Shown one piece after another: positions 55,693 to 64,000 of a stretch of DNA of 64,000 nt. Origin of the DNA: a phage; the NCBI GenBank assembly GCA_025830695.1, contig GCA_025830695.1_4111.1. The stretch is one strand, 5' to 3'. Both the position numbers and the translations under genes were made by a program. Numbering within the stretch: position 1 is the first letter of the stretch; each line of letters opens with the position of its first letter. The notes below the pieces were generated by a model, which saw nothing but the letters and a program-made list of their open reading frames with translations, ran no database searches and was not told the DNA's origin.

Positions 55693-55953
55693 ATGAAATC
55701 TATTCTCGTTGCAGTTAACTTGGTTGCTTCCCCATCTTTCAACTTCAAACAAGTTGTTGCTGATAATCTGAAGAAGATCTGTCCAAACGCTGAATTAACT
55801 TTCTGTGTGTTTGATTCAGAAAAAGTAACTAAAGTTGATCTAAACTATCTTTTGAACGAAGTAAAAAGCGTTTCTGGTGAAAGTAACTTAAAAGTTCTTC
55901 ATGATATTGCTGATGATTATGATGATACACTTGTAATTTCGGAGAAATTCTAA
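55693..55953 (+). CDS. hypothetical protein
   Basis: 86-aa ORF, RBS AAAGGAAA. Confidence 0.5.
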   Translation: MKSILVAVNLVASPSFNFKQVVADNLKKICPNAELTFCVFDSEKVTKVDLNYLLNEVKSVSGESNLKVLHDIADDYDDTLVISEKF

Positions 55954-55958
55954 ATAAA

Positions 55959-56378
55959 ATGTTTAGATTTCTTCAGTACTTAATCATTAAGTTCTTTGGT
56001 TATCATACGATTGAAGGAAAAGCTACACTTGCACATAAAATCTTTGTAGCATTATGTACGGGTGATTATGACGTATTGAATAAGTACTGTAAATCGCAAG
56101 CATGTATTGATATAATGGCACTTCGTATCTATGAGTGCCAGTTCAATAGATATAATTTTTACCAGTACAGATTTGATAAAGAAGAATTTGATAGCATCAA
56201 AATGCTAAAGAATTTATGTAACAATAAAAAGAATATGCATATATCAGAATTTGTTGCTTTGTATTTTTATTTAAAAAGTTCATTGTATATGAACACGATG
56301 CAAAGATTCGATACTAGAATTAATGTATTCACCGATAAAGAATTTTATATATACGATAAATTCTTAGATAAGGTTTAA
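55959..56378 (+). CDS. hypothetical protein
   Basis: 139-aa ORF. Confidence 0.5.
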   Translation: MFRFLQYLIIKFFGYHTIEGKATLAHKIFVALCTGDYDVLNKYCKSQACIDIMALRIYECQFNRYNFYQYRFDKEEFDSIKMLKNLCNNKKNMHISEFVALYFYLKSSLYMNTMQRFDTRINVFTDKEFYIYDKFLDKV

Positions 56379-56379
56379 T

Positions 56380-56877
56380 ATGACAACTGTTTATATTGAT
56401 AAACGATTAAATTTATTGATTACCGATTCTAGAGTTACGTCAACTATACCACGAAACTTATTTGGTTTTTTCCCACTAAGACCAAAATATCAATATGGAG
56501 TTGTTAATCAAAAAACTTTATATGTACATGACCGTTTATTCAGTGCTAGTGGGGTAGTAAGTGAAATTGATAAAGTACTGGATTGGTTAATTAATAAAGT
56601 ACCAGTTATACCTGACAGAAAGTTAAGTTGCCATTGTGTGCTTCTTTCTAAAGATTATGTTATTCATATGATTTTAACTAAAGGAAAGTTTATTAAAAAA
56701 CTTGAATATCTACATGAAGACTACACTTTCTTTATGGGAAGTGGTGGAGAATACATGCTAGATGCTGCTATTCATGAAGAACATACAACTTTATATGATA
56801 AAGTGTTTAGTACTTTCATGGATGTGCACAACCATGATTGCTTCACAGATGATAATATTAATGTATATCGATTTTGA
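56380..56877 (+). CDS. hypothetical protein
   Basis: 165-aa ORF. Confidence 0.5.
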   Translation: MTTVYIDKRLNLLITDSRVTSTIPRNLFGFFPLRPKYQYGVVNQKTLYVHDRLFSASGVVSEIDKVLDWLINKVPVIPDRKLSCHCVLLSKDYVIHMILTKGKFIKKLEYLHEDYTFFMGSGGEYMLDAAIHEEHTTLYDKVFSTFMDVHNHDCFTDDNINVYRF

Positions 56878-56898
56878 TTTCGTCATTAGGAGATGTAA

Positions 56899-57864
56899 GT
56901 GAAAAAGCTTGATTTAAATACAATTGCCGAAGAAGTTCTGGATGAATGTTTTGCTAATGAAGAAGTCAACACACTAGAAGCCTTAGATTTCGTTGAAGAT
57001 AAAGATGATAATGAAGGTAAAGTACAAAGCAGTTTCAAATATAATATTACACTTAAGCGACCACCAAATGTTTCCAATGAAGATCTAATTCGTGATATTC
57101 AAGCTGGTATCAATGTAAAGAAAAACACTGAACTGTTAGTTCGTTACAATTATGGACTGATTATTGATGTAGCAAGTAAATGTACTTGTTATATCCCATT
57201 TGAAGATAAGATTTCATATGGTGTTGAGGGGTTCATGAGAGCACTAAAAACCTTTGATCTTAATAAGAATGTTAAGTTCATTACCTATGCTTCTTCTAGT
57301 ATTTACATGACAGTCTATAACGAAAGTTCTGACGCTAACTATATGGTACACTTCCCACGTTATATGAGTGTTCATAAGATCAAAGTAAAAAGATTCTGCC
57401 AGGAATATATGCGTAAACATGGTGTTCGCCCAACACCTGAAATAATCTCAGAGGGTACTGGGATTGAGATTCAGCATGTTAATAATTGTTTATTATTTCA
57501 AAGCGAATACACTTCACTGGATGCACCATTAGACGGTGTTACAGATGGTACATTAGGTGACATTATTCATTCACCTGCTTCTGATTTTAACCTCAATGTT
57601 GATAGTATCCGTGCACCTTTACGTTATGCTATCAATGAACTAACTAACGAATTGAGTACTAAAGAACGTGAGATTATCCAGCGTGTTCATGGTCTAGGTG
57701 AATATGAACCTGAAACGCTTCGTGAGATTGCTGATAATGGTTTTGTTGATGATAATGGAAAATATGTTAAATCCCGTTCATCAATACACCGAAAGTACAG
57801 TGAAGCTATGCAAAAGCTTAAGAAGTTAGTACTTGCAAAAGGGTACGAATACGAAGATTTCTAA
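56899..57864 (+). CDS. phage sigma factor (sigma70 region-2 homolog, gp55-like but longer)
   Basis: GTG start after AGGAG; YGLIIDVASK...GVEGFMRALKTFD...KFITYASSSIYMTV matches sigma region 2 / T4 gp55 pattern. Confidence 0.55.
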   Translation: MKKLDLNTIAEEVLDECFANEEVNTLEALDFVEDKDDNEGKVQSSFKYNITLKRPPNVSNEDLIRDIQAGINVKKNTELLVRYNYGLIIDVASKCTCYIPFEDKISYGVEGFMRALKTFDLNKNVKFITYASSSIYMTVYNESSDANYMVHFPRYMSVHKIKVKRFCQEYMRKHGVRPTPEIISEGTGIEIQHVNNCLLFQSEYTSLDAPLDGVTDGTLGDIIHSPASDFNLNVDSIRAPLRYAINELTNELSTKEREIIQRVHGLGEYEPETLREIADNGFVDDNGKYVKSRSSIHRKYSEAMQKLKKLVLAKGYEYEDF

Positions 57865-57872
57865 AGAACAAG

Positions 57873-57897
57873 GGTTGGCTTATGCCAACCTTTTTTT
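57873..57897 (+). terminator. intrinsic terminator
   Basis: GGTTGGC-TTAT-GCCAACC followed by TTTTTTT. Confidence 0.75.
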
Positions 57898-57918
57898 ATG
57901 GGATGAAGTAAAAGTTTG

Positions 57919-57927
57919 TGATATAAT
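57919..57927 (+). promoter_or_regulatory. extended -10 promoter element (TGaTATAAT), weak -35
   Basis: Same TGTGATATAAT element as other promoters; lies in front of ORF-free segment. Confidence 0.4.
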
Positions 57928-57934
57928 TATCTTG

Positions 57935-58400
57935 TACAATTCTGTTGGCATGATATTCATGTACCTGATCCACTCGAAAACGTAGAGGGCAGTTGAGCAG
58001 TCCGACAGTGCGAACAGCAAAAGAAACCCGTTAGATGTGGGCATAGTTTGAACCCCTCACGGCAATGCGGCTGTATAAAGAACCACGTTAGGATAGCTGG
58101 TGGTTCCTTGATAGACATATAAGGATAACACCTTACGAATTATCTAAGGGAGAGTTATCGAATTTTGTACAGGAAAGTTGCGTCCAAAATTTGAGTACTC
58201 ACATTAAGTATTTGATTGCATAGATACTTAATGAAGATACACTATGTTTAAAAGTGTAGACCGTCATATGAAACTGAAGTAGAGAGAAACAGGATGACCC
58301 GCTTTCGCACTCGTTATGAGTAATCTTCAATGCAATAGCTCTGATACCATCAGCGTCAAATTTCCCTCCTTGTGGGGGGAAGAAAAATCCCTTCCTCAAA
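57935..58400 (+). ncRNA. candidate structured non-coding RNA
   Basis: About 470 nt with no + strand ORF, visibly GC-richer than surrounding coding DNA. Confidence 0.3.
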
Positions 58401-58421
58401 TCCCGTCAATATTAAAAGTCC

Positions 58422-58450
58422 TTGACAGTTATTAATCATTCGCGTAGAAT
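58422..58450 (+). promoter_or_regulatory. sigma70-type promoter
   Basis: TTGACA-N17-TAGAAT. Confidence 0.5.
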
Positions 58451-58514
58451 ACGTAGTATTAGAAGCGAACAGACATCTCGAAGAGATGGATGATTAACCA
58501 TTAAGGAATATCCA

Positions 58515-58724
58515 ATGAATTCAGTAATCTTTTTAGTAATAGCTTTTTCTGTTAATTCCGGTGTACAAATAACCCCAATGAATTCCATGAATCAATGTAT
58601 AGCAGTACGTGATAGTACATACGAACAAGTAAACAAAGATATTTGGATTACAGTTAATAAAGAACAAATGTGGTGTTACAATAGTAATACTAACACAAAG
58701 CTTATTGTAGGACAAACTCAATGA
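58515..58724 (+). CDS. small secreted/membrane protein
   Basis: Hydrophobic N-terminus; RBS AAGGAA. Confidence 0.5.
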   Translation: MNSVIFLVIAFSVNSGVQITPMNSMNQCIAVRDSTYEQVNKDIWITVNKEQMWCYNSNTNTKLIVGQTQ

Positions 58725-58951
58725 GTTATGGCGTTCGTTTTGAGATTCGTTCTATTGTCATCAGTGCAGAGAAACAAGTATCGTTGGATGGTGATATACG
58801 TGAAATTTATCTATCATGTATCCGTGCGAAATCTGAAGCAGATGCCTTAGTACAAATGTATAGTTTTAACTTTTCAAATGGATTCTATTTGGTACGAGTT
58901 ATTGAAGTGAAAAAAGTACTTATTGGTTGTAGCATAGAAGGATTAATGTAA
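58721..58951 (+). CDS. hypothetical protein
   Basis: 76-aa ORF, overlapping start/stop. Confidence 0.5.
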   Translation: MSYGVRFEIRSIVISAEKQVSLDGDIREIYLSCIRAKSEADALVQMYSFNFSNGFYLVRVIEVKKVLIGCSIEGLM

Positions 58952-58952
58952 A

Positions 58953-59741
58953 ATGAGCACTATAGATGAACTGATTCGACGGAATTCAAAATATTACCAA
59001 CCATCAGAAATTGTAGGTAACATTACCAAATCAGAGTTTGGTCCAAATACTCGAAAACTCATTCATGTAATGTCACGTGATGGCTTTAAATGTGATTGTT
59101 GCGGTGAATCTAATGTAGTATTCACTTTACACAAGCACAGTACTAAAGATCGTTATAAATTCAGACCTTATGTACTTAAAGGGAAACGCCTTGTACGCAT
59201 GACGTTAGACCATAATGTACTGGACTGTCTTCAGGGCGGTAATGATAAAGAGAACATGACTGCACTGTGTGAAGATTGTAACGCATTACGCCAGCATAAG
59301 TTTGCTGAATACAGTGAGTTTAAACACTGGTATCATAACGCGGATCGTTCAATCGAGCCTGACGTTAACTACTGCTTCATTGAGTACATTAAGAATGCCA
59401 AAGATACATACATTCTTAAATCAATGTCACCTATTACCGTGTTTCCTGAGAACCTATTCACTACATTAAAGAATAGTTTTATTGTGGGTGATATTGATGC
59501 ATTCAAGTATTTTGACAAAGGTGCAAAACATTTTGAAATTCAATGTCTTAGTACTGCACTATGTGAACTCATTAAAATTTACATAAAAGAGTATTTGGGT
59601 ATTGACAATGTACGTGTACCAGAGTATACTTTTTCTATTGAATTCGATTGTGAATCAATCAAAGAGTTTGGAATTCTTTTCAATAAACAAATAGAACTTG
59701 CAATTCAAAACGAAATCAAGTACTATACTACTAACATTTAA
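58953..59741 (+). CDS. HNH-family endonuclease
   Basis: FKCDCCGES...LDHNVLDCLQGGNDKENMTALCEDCN (Cys pairs, His-Asn-Asn pattern). Confidence 0.55.
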   Translation: MSTIDELIRRNSKYYQPSEIVGNITKSEFGPNTRKLIHVMSRDGFKCDCCGESNVVFTLHKHSTKDRYKFRPYVLKGKRLVRMTLDHNVLDCLQGGNDKENMTALCEDCNALRQHKFAEYSEFKHWYHNADRSIEPDVNYCFIEYIKNAKDTYILKSMSPITVFPENLFTTLKNSFIVGDIDAFKYFDKGAKHFEIQCLSTALCELIKIYIKEYLGIDNVRVPEYTFSIEFDCESIKEFGILFNKQIELAIQNEIKYYTTNI

Positions 59742-59756
59742 TCAGAGGAAATTATC

Positions 59757-59939
59757 ATGCAAATTATCATTCTTATCGTTGGCATCATGCTGGGTGTTTA
59801 CGGTCACTCCTGGATGAACGAGAAGTTTCCTAATACGCGTCCTGAGTATTGCAGTACTAATGTATTCCAGAATGGTGAGAAACCAAAGGAAAGCATTGGT
59901 AAAAAGCTGGATAAAGTACTTGATGTGATCAATGAATAA
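59757..59939 (+). CDS. small membrane protein
   Basis: 60 aa, hydrophobic N-terminus, RBS GAGGAAA. Confidence 0.45.
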   Translation: MQIIILIVGIMLGVYGHSWMNEKFPNTRPEYCSTNVFQNGEKPKESIGKKLDKVLDVINE

Positions 59940-59949
59940 GGGCCATAAA

Positions 59950-60150
59950 ATGTTTAAACCGAATTCCAATGTTGGTAAGAAAGTTCAATTACTTGAAGAT
60001 GTATCCACCATGAGTGGAATTTTCCCAAGAGGTCACATCATGACTATTATTGCCGAAACATCCCGTGGGTGGGATTTGGAAGATGCTGATGGTAATCGCA
60101 TCCTTGAGGCTGGATTCTATGGTCATCGTGAATATAAAATCGTTGATTAA
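59950..60150 (+). CDS. hypothetical protein
   Basis: Trimmed to second ATG. Confidence 0.45.
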   Translation: MFKPNSNVGKKVQLLEDVSTMSGIFPRGHIMTIIAETSRGWDLEDADGNRILEAGFYGHREYKIVD

Positions 60151-60246
60151 GGATACAACATGACTTTAGAGATTGTCTTTGGTATTGTTAGCTTAGTCGT
60201 CTGTGTGGGTTGGTTTGGGTATCTGATGATTTTTAGTGATTAATAC

Positions 60247-60274
60247 TTGACATAAGATATCAGTACTGTATAAT
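60247..60274 (+). promoter_or_regulatory. sigma70-type promoter
   Basis: TTGACA-N16-TATAATGTTTAT; spacer contains TCAGTACTG. Confidence 0.6.
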
Positions 60275-60319
60275 GTTTATATCAAACGAAATCCACTTTA
60301 ACAAATGATAGGAAATATT

Positions 60320-60598
60320 ATGTCTTTTTCTAAAGAAGAACGTGACCTTATTAAAAAAGCAATTTGGTTTTATGCTAATGAAGGGAAGTGCGATGAAGAA
60401 AAAGCACGTGAACTGTGTAATATCCTTGAGAAGAAACAAGAACTGAAAGTGTATCGTATCCGTGATTTGGATGAAGGGGATCGTATTGTCCTAGCTGAAA
60501 CAAAAGAAGAAGCAGAACAAATCTTCACTGATAAAAACGAAAATCCACATTGGATGGAAGAAGTCTGTGATGTTAAAAAAGGTACTTATATCGATTGA
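60320..60598 (+). CDS. hypothetical protein
   Basis: Trimmed to ATG after AGGAAA. Confidence 0.5.
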   Translation: MSFSKEERDLIKKAIWFYANEGKCDEEKARELCNILEKKQELKVYRIRDLDEGDRIVLAETKEEAEQIFTDKNENPHWMEEVCDVKKGTYID

Positions 60599-60623
60599 CA
60601 GTACTGAATAATAGCAGTATTAT
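60595..60623 (+). promoter_or_regulatory. sigma70-type promoter overlapping upstream gene end
   Basis: TTGACA-N17-TATTAT; spacer contains CAGTACTGAA. Confidence 0.5.
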
Positions 60624-60636
60624 GTTTTATATAAAA

Positions 60637-60697
60637 GGGAATGCAGTGAAAGGAAAGACAGCATAATCGTACTCGTCACTGCGTTCCCGCCCTTTTA
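60637..60697 (+). other. long hairpin (13-bp stem, 26-nt loop) followed by GCCCTTTT
   Basis: GGGAATGCAGTGA pairs with TCACTGCGTTCCC (one G-U). Confidence 0.5.
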
Positions 60698-60717
60698 AAT
60701 TAAATGAGGAATTAACT

Positions 60718-61026
60718 ATGTTTCAAACTAACACTCAAGGTTTTGTAATCATCGATTTGAATCAAAACAGCGGTCATTGGATGAAACCTACTGACGCATG
60801 TATGCAGTTTGATTTCTTAGGTTACAAAATTAGTGTAAGTACTGGTGCTTCTGTACTGAGAGGTGGTTGTATCGTTGAACATCTGGTAACTGATCCAGAA
60901 GGTCGTGAGTATGAAATCGCAGGTTCAGTACAAGATGCCATTATGTTTGTATGTCAGCGTGAAATGAATGGTTCGAATTCAAATGCACTGACTCATGCTC
61001 TTTCTCAAGAAGTGGAGGTTCGTTAA
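60718..61026 (+). CDS. hypothetical protein
   Basis: 102-aa ORF, RBS GAGGAA. Confidence 0.5.
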   Translation: MFQTNTQGFVIIDLNQNSGHWMKPTDACMQFDFLGYKISVSTGASVLRGGCIVEHLVTDPEGREYEIAGSVQDAIMFVCQREMNGSNSNALTHALSQEVEVR

Positions 61027-61271
61027 TGAAATACATTGTAGCAGTACTCGTCGCATTTCTACTCACTGCATGTGATGCTTCTACCAAAGAACGTACAAGT
61101 GATTTTGTTCTACCTGCTGAATTAAAAGAAGCAGGGTGTAAGATTTATCGTATGCAACAAGATGGTGCTGGTGCGACTTTATACACTGTGTACTGTCCTA
61201 ATGCAAACACTTCTACGTCGCATACGAGTGGGAAAATTCGTATGAATACATCAGTGGTTCATGGAGAATAA
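61026..61271 (+). CDS. putative lipoprotein
   Basis: Signal peptide ending in lipobox-like LTAC. Confidence 0.5.
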   Translation: MKYIVAVLVAFLLTACDASTKERTSDFVLPAELKEAGCKIYRMQQDGAGATLYTVYCPNANTSTSHTSGKIRMNTSVVHGE

Positions 61272-61273
61272 CA

Positions 61274-61642
61274 ATGAGTCTTGATACAACTCGTGCAGCA
61301 AATATCTTAGAACGTTTGAATGATGAAGAATATCTTGCTAATGCAAAATATCAGCTTGAAAAACTCATTCGAAATGTAAAATATGTTGATATCACTACAC
61401 AGCTTCCACTAGATGAATATCACAAGCTAAACGAAAATATTGTATATCACCCAAATGAAATTTGGATTGAGTGGGAATCATGGACCCATTCGGTTCTCCG
61501 TATCGAGGGCTATTGTGTGAAATATGAAAGTTCACCAGGTGATTTTACAAAAAAACTGTCGATATTGTGCACTGACACACATGAAATAGTTGAGGTGAAT
61601 TTGAATCATATGAAGGGTTGCCGTTGGGGAGATCTTAAATGA
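61274..61642 (+). CDS. hypothetical protein
   Basis: 122-aa ORF. Confidence 0.5.
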   Translation: MSLDTTRAANILERLNDEEYLANAKYQLEKLIRNVKYVDITTQLPLDEYHKLNENIVYHPNEIWIEWESWTHSVLRIEGYCVKYESSPGDFTKKLSILCTDTHEIVEVNLNHMKGCRWGDLK

Positions 61643-61914
61643 TTAAAAAACTATTGACTGTGTTTGTTGTATTCTGTACAATGTTTCTTACAGCATGTAA
61701 TGATGACGGCAGGTTTAGTGCAAAAGACTTAGTTCGTCAGGATTGTACATTCACAGGCAAGTCTTTTATTAACGAGTATGAAATATGTACACAATCAGGT
61801 CGTATCTGTGGTGGTTGGGAAAAACGTCAGGAGCGATTGTATGTATATGAATGCCCTGGACATCACAACAAAGTACTAAGCACACACAAACTTGTTTATG
61901 ATAAGGTTGAATAA
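61639..61914 (+). CDS. putative lipoprotein
   Basis: Signal peptide ending in lipobox-like LTAC. Confidence 0.5.
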   Translation: MIKKLLTVFVVFCTMFLTACNDDGRFSAKDLVRQDCTFTGKSFINEYEICTQSGRICGGWEKRQERLYVYECPGHHNKVLSTHKLVYDKVE

Positions 61915-62129
61915 TGACTACCAATGAAATGATGCAGGTTATTTGGGATAAAGGTTGTGATATTAAAATCACTAGTACTGATGTTCGTGTATTCAAAACT
62001 GAATATATGGAGTACTTGGATCTTGATACTTATAATAATATTGTATCAATCGAACACAAAGGTGCAGTACTGGAAACGATTGATGTAGTACTCAAGAAAG
62101 CTACCGACCTATTAGGAGTGGCAGTGTGA
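61914..62129 (+). CDS. hypothetical protein
   Basis: 71-aa ORF. Confidence 0.45.
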   Translation: MTTNEMMQVIWDKGCDIKITSTDVRVFKTEYMEYLDLDTYNNIVSIEHKGAVLETIDVVLKKATDLLGVAV

Positions 62130-62283
62130 ATAACAAAGAGTGGGAAGATTACCGCAAGAAGTGCCGAGAGTTTGATAAAGAACTCACAGGTGCAGTGAAC
62201 GCGGTAATGTGGGTATCTGCAATTATTGCAGTACTTGGTTTGGGTGCTATTATTATTATTAATAAATTATTGTAAGGACTAAT

Positions 62284-62484
62284 ATGTTTACTTTATATCT
62301 TGCAGTAGTACTAACTAATGGTGAAATCACTCGCACCGTTGGTGAAGGTGTATATAAAACACCTGAGCAGTGTTACTCTGCAACTCATTGGCCTCGTGAT
62401 GCTGGTGATGAATCTCGCACTGAATACAAATGTATGAAGGTTAAAGGTGATTTTGTAAATCTAAAGGTTATTGAGACTAAGTAA
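62284..62484 (+). CDS. hypothetical protein
   Basis: 66-aa ORF, RBS AAGGA. Confidence 0.5.
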   Translation: MFTLYLAVVLTNGEITRTVGEGVYKTPEQCYSATHWPRDAGDESRTEYKCMKVKGDFVNLKVIETK

Positions 62485-63002
62485 TGGATATTAATGAGTT
62501 GTTGAAATTAGTGTTTAATCGTGAACGCCGCGATACAAGACCAATTGAATATCAAGATGTGATACGCATTGAAACTGATTTCTGTTATGGTAAAACAACT
62601 CATGACCTTTTGAATCTCTCTGGAAAACGCTATGCTGATGTTTGTTTTTCAGAGAGAAGTGATGGTTCAGAAATAACGAGTACTGATATTGTTTGTTACG
62701 CACGCAGTGCTGATAAATCTTATGAAATAGAACTTATATATTCCCCTAGTTCTAAAACAAATCATCACCGCCATATTTTATATGATGTTTACACACCACC
62801 TGGTATTGCTGAATATTTTGTTATTGATTATAGTACTGAAGAAAATGTGTTTCAACAAAGTTTGATTCATAACTTTGAGGTGAATGATCCATTAGTACCA
62901 AAGTTGTTCAAACTACTTGACACCATAGATGTTGATTTTGAATTTGTTATGTGCATTAGAACTTCTTTATTCAATGAATTCATGGAACTTTTTAATATAT
63001 GA
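62484..63002 (+). CDS. EExFFQxS-motif family protein (member 21)
   Basis: TEENVFQQSLIHN. Confidence 0.55.
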   Translation: MDINELLKLVFNRERRDTRPIEYQDVIRIETDFCYGKTTHDLLNLSGKRYADVCFSERSDGSEITSTDIVCYARSADKSYEIELIYSPSSKTNHHRHILYDVYTPPGIAEYFVIDYSTEENVFQQSLIHNFEVNDPLVPKLFKLLDTIDVDFEFVMCIRTSLFNEFMELFNI

Positions 63003-63220
63003 ATAGATACTATGTTGTGTATGAACACGTCTCTGAATTTAATAACATACGCGGGTTTTCCAGAGTAGTCACCAAGATGGATGTATTCATTCGTGCTCTT
63101 AGTGAAGTAGATGCACTGTTTAAATTGTTTGATGAAATTACAAAGTATAACACACCTAAAACACACCGCTATGTGGAAACTGTACATAGCATTATGCTAA
63201 CTGAAAGTGATGAGGAATGA
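62999..63220 (+). CDS. hypothetical protein
   Basis: 73-aa ORF. Confidence 0.45.
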   Translation: MNRYYVVYEHVSEFNNIRGFSRVVTKMDVFIRALSEVDALFKLFDEITKYNTPKTHRYVETVHSIMLTESDEE

Positions 63221-63223
63221 TAA

Positions 63224-63442
63224 ATGAATTTATATCTAGTTGAAGGTTTAGTACAAGTCTATAAACCAGAAGGTGAAGGTCAACGTTTTTCACACGTAGA
63301 AGAATTTAAGTACGTTGTACAGGCTGATGGTCAGTACGATGCGGAAATTCAAGTAGATGAATCATTACGTAAGAAAAATGAAATTGGTAAATTTCAATAC
63401 CAGAACTTACAATATAAAGTATGGCCTAGTATAAATGACTAA
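63224..63442 (+). CDS. hypothetical protein
   Basis: 72-aa ORF. Confidence 0.45.
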   Translation: MNLYLVEGLVQVYKPEGEGQRFSHVEEFKYVVQADGQYDAEIQVDESLRKKNEIGKFQYQNLQYKVWPSIND

Positions 63443-63650
63443 GATGTGGTGGTGTCATGGTGTATATAACGTGTATGTAAATGGTAGATATAAAATGTCT
63501 AGTACCTATGCAAGACGTGTTAATGCGAACAACCAAGTTGATGCTGCTTGTGAGATCATTGAGTGGTATGCTGAGTTCAATGCACCTGACTATATGTACG
63601 AAATAGTTACAATAAATGTTGTACAAATCGATACATCTTTGATACAATAA
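63435..63650 (+). CDS. hypothetical protein
   Basis: 71-aa ORF. Confidence 0.45.
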   Translation: MTKMWWCHGVYNVYVNGRYKMSSTYARRVNANNQVDAACEIIEWYAEFNAPDYMYEIVTINVVQIDTSLIQ

Positions 63651-63682
63651 CCACATCAAAAAAATTGCATCTGAGGATACTT

Positions 63683-64000
63683 ATGTTAGTTAATCTTAAT
63701 TTCATCACTTCACCTGACTGGGCATTACGTGGAGTTTCTTTAAACTTCAAGGAAACTATGTTTGACTACATTGGTGAGTGTACATTGGTAAATGCAACTT
63801 TTGATCCAAATCATCCGTTTTGGGCTGAAATTCATGATCCAAATGTAAACAACAATACATCTGTTATGACTATTGTCCAGACTAAACATGCAGGTATCCT
63901 TGCAGGTTATCGACCTGCACATGCAATTGAACACTTCACTGATTACGATGTCGTGGATGAATACCCAATGATCCATGAAGATGGAAGTCTATACACATCT
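63683..64000 (+). CDS. hypothetical protein (3' end outside window)
   Basis: ATG 63683 after GAGGA; frame open to window end (MLVNLNFITSPDW...). Confidence 0.4.
   Translation, partial: MLVNLNFITSPDWALRGVSLNFKETMFDYIGECTLVNATFDPNHPFWAEIHDPNVNNNTSVMTIVQTKHAGILAGYRPAHAIEHFTDYDVVDEYPMIHEDGSLYTS

Noticed and set aside
58199-58399. 66-codon minus-strand ORF inside the ORF-free segment
   Set aside because: No RBS or promoter found, opposite to all neighbours, and GC-richer sequence produces spurious open frames. Not annotated.
57935-58400. tmRNA or RNase P RNA
   Set aside because: No tRNA-like 3' end (no GGTTCGA T-loop followed by an acceptor arm), no tag-peptide frame ending in a stop, and no recognisable P4 sequences by eye.

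Overview
This window is a densely packed, AT-rich segment of a large virulent dsDNA phage genome with a T4-like replication/early module. Nearly all genes are on the + strand, many with overlapping stop/start codons (ATGA, TAATG). Recognisable genes (all assigned by eye from motifs, not by search): 3' end of a Dda-like SF1 helicase, an IF3 (infC) homolog, fused gp39/60-type and gp52-type topoisomerase II subunits, a gp44-like clamp loader, a GroES/gp31-like co-chaperonin, a HAD-type hydrolase, a DEDDh exonuclease, a C5-cytosine methyltransferase, a gp55-like sigma factor and an HNH endonuclease. Transcription signals are sigma70-type promoters (TTGACA-N16/17-TATAAT, often followed by GTTT) and many hairpin plus U-run terminators. 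A tRNA cluster (about 40.1-45.6 kb) holds six tRNAs and one atypical tRNA-like gene. The accessory region (about 26-48 kb, plus 62.5 kb) is dominated by two expanded families of small proteins: 21 paralogs with divergent N-termini but a shared C-terminal motif EExFFQxS[TL][IV], and 6 paralogs starting MTHEEW interleaved with the tRNA genes. That first family is my best candidate for an undescribed system. Other points of interest: ORF-free, visibly GC-richer segments that may be structured RNAs, a DnaE-like fragment, a lone minus-strand gene, and a palindrome recurring in promoter spacers. All coordinates were counted by hand and may be off by a few bases; functions are inferred from motifs only.
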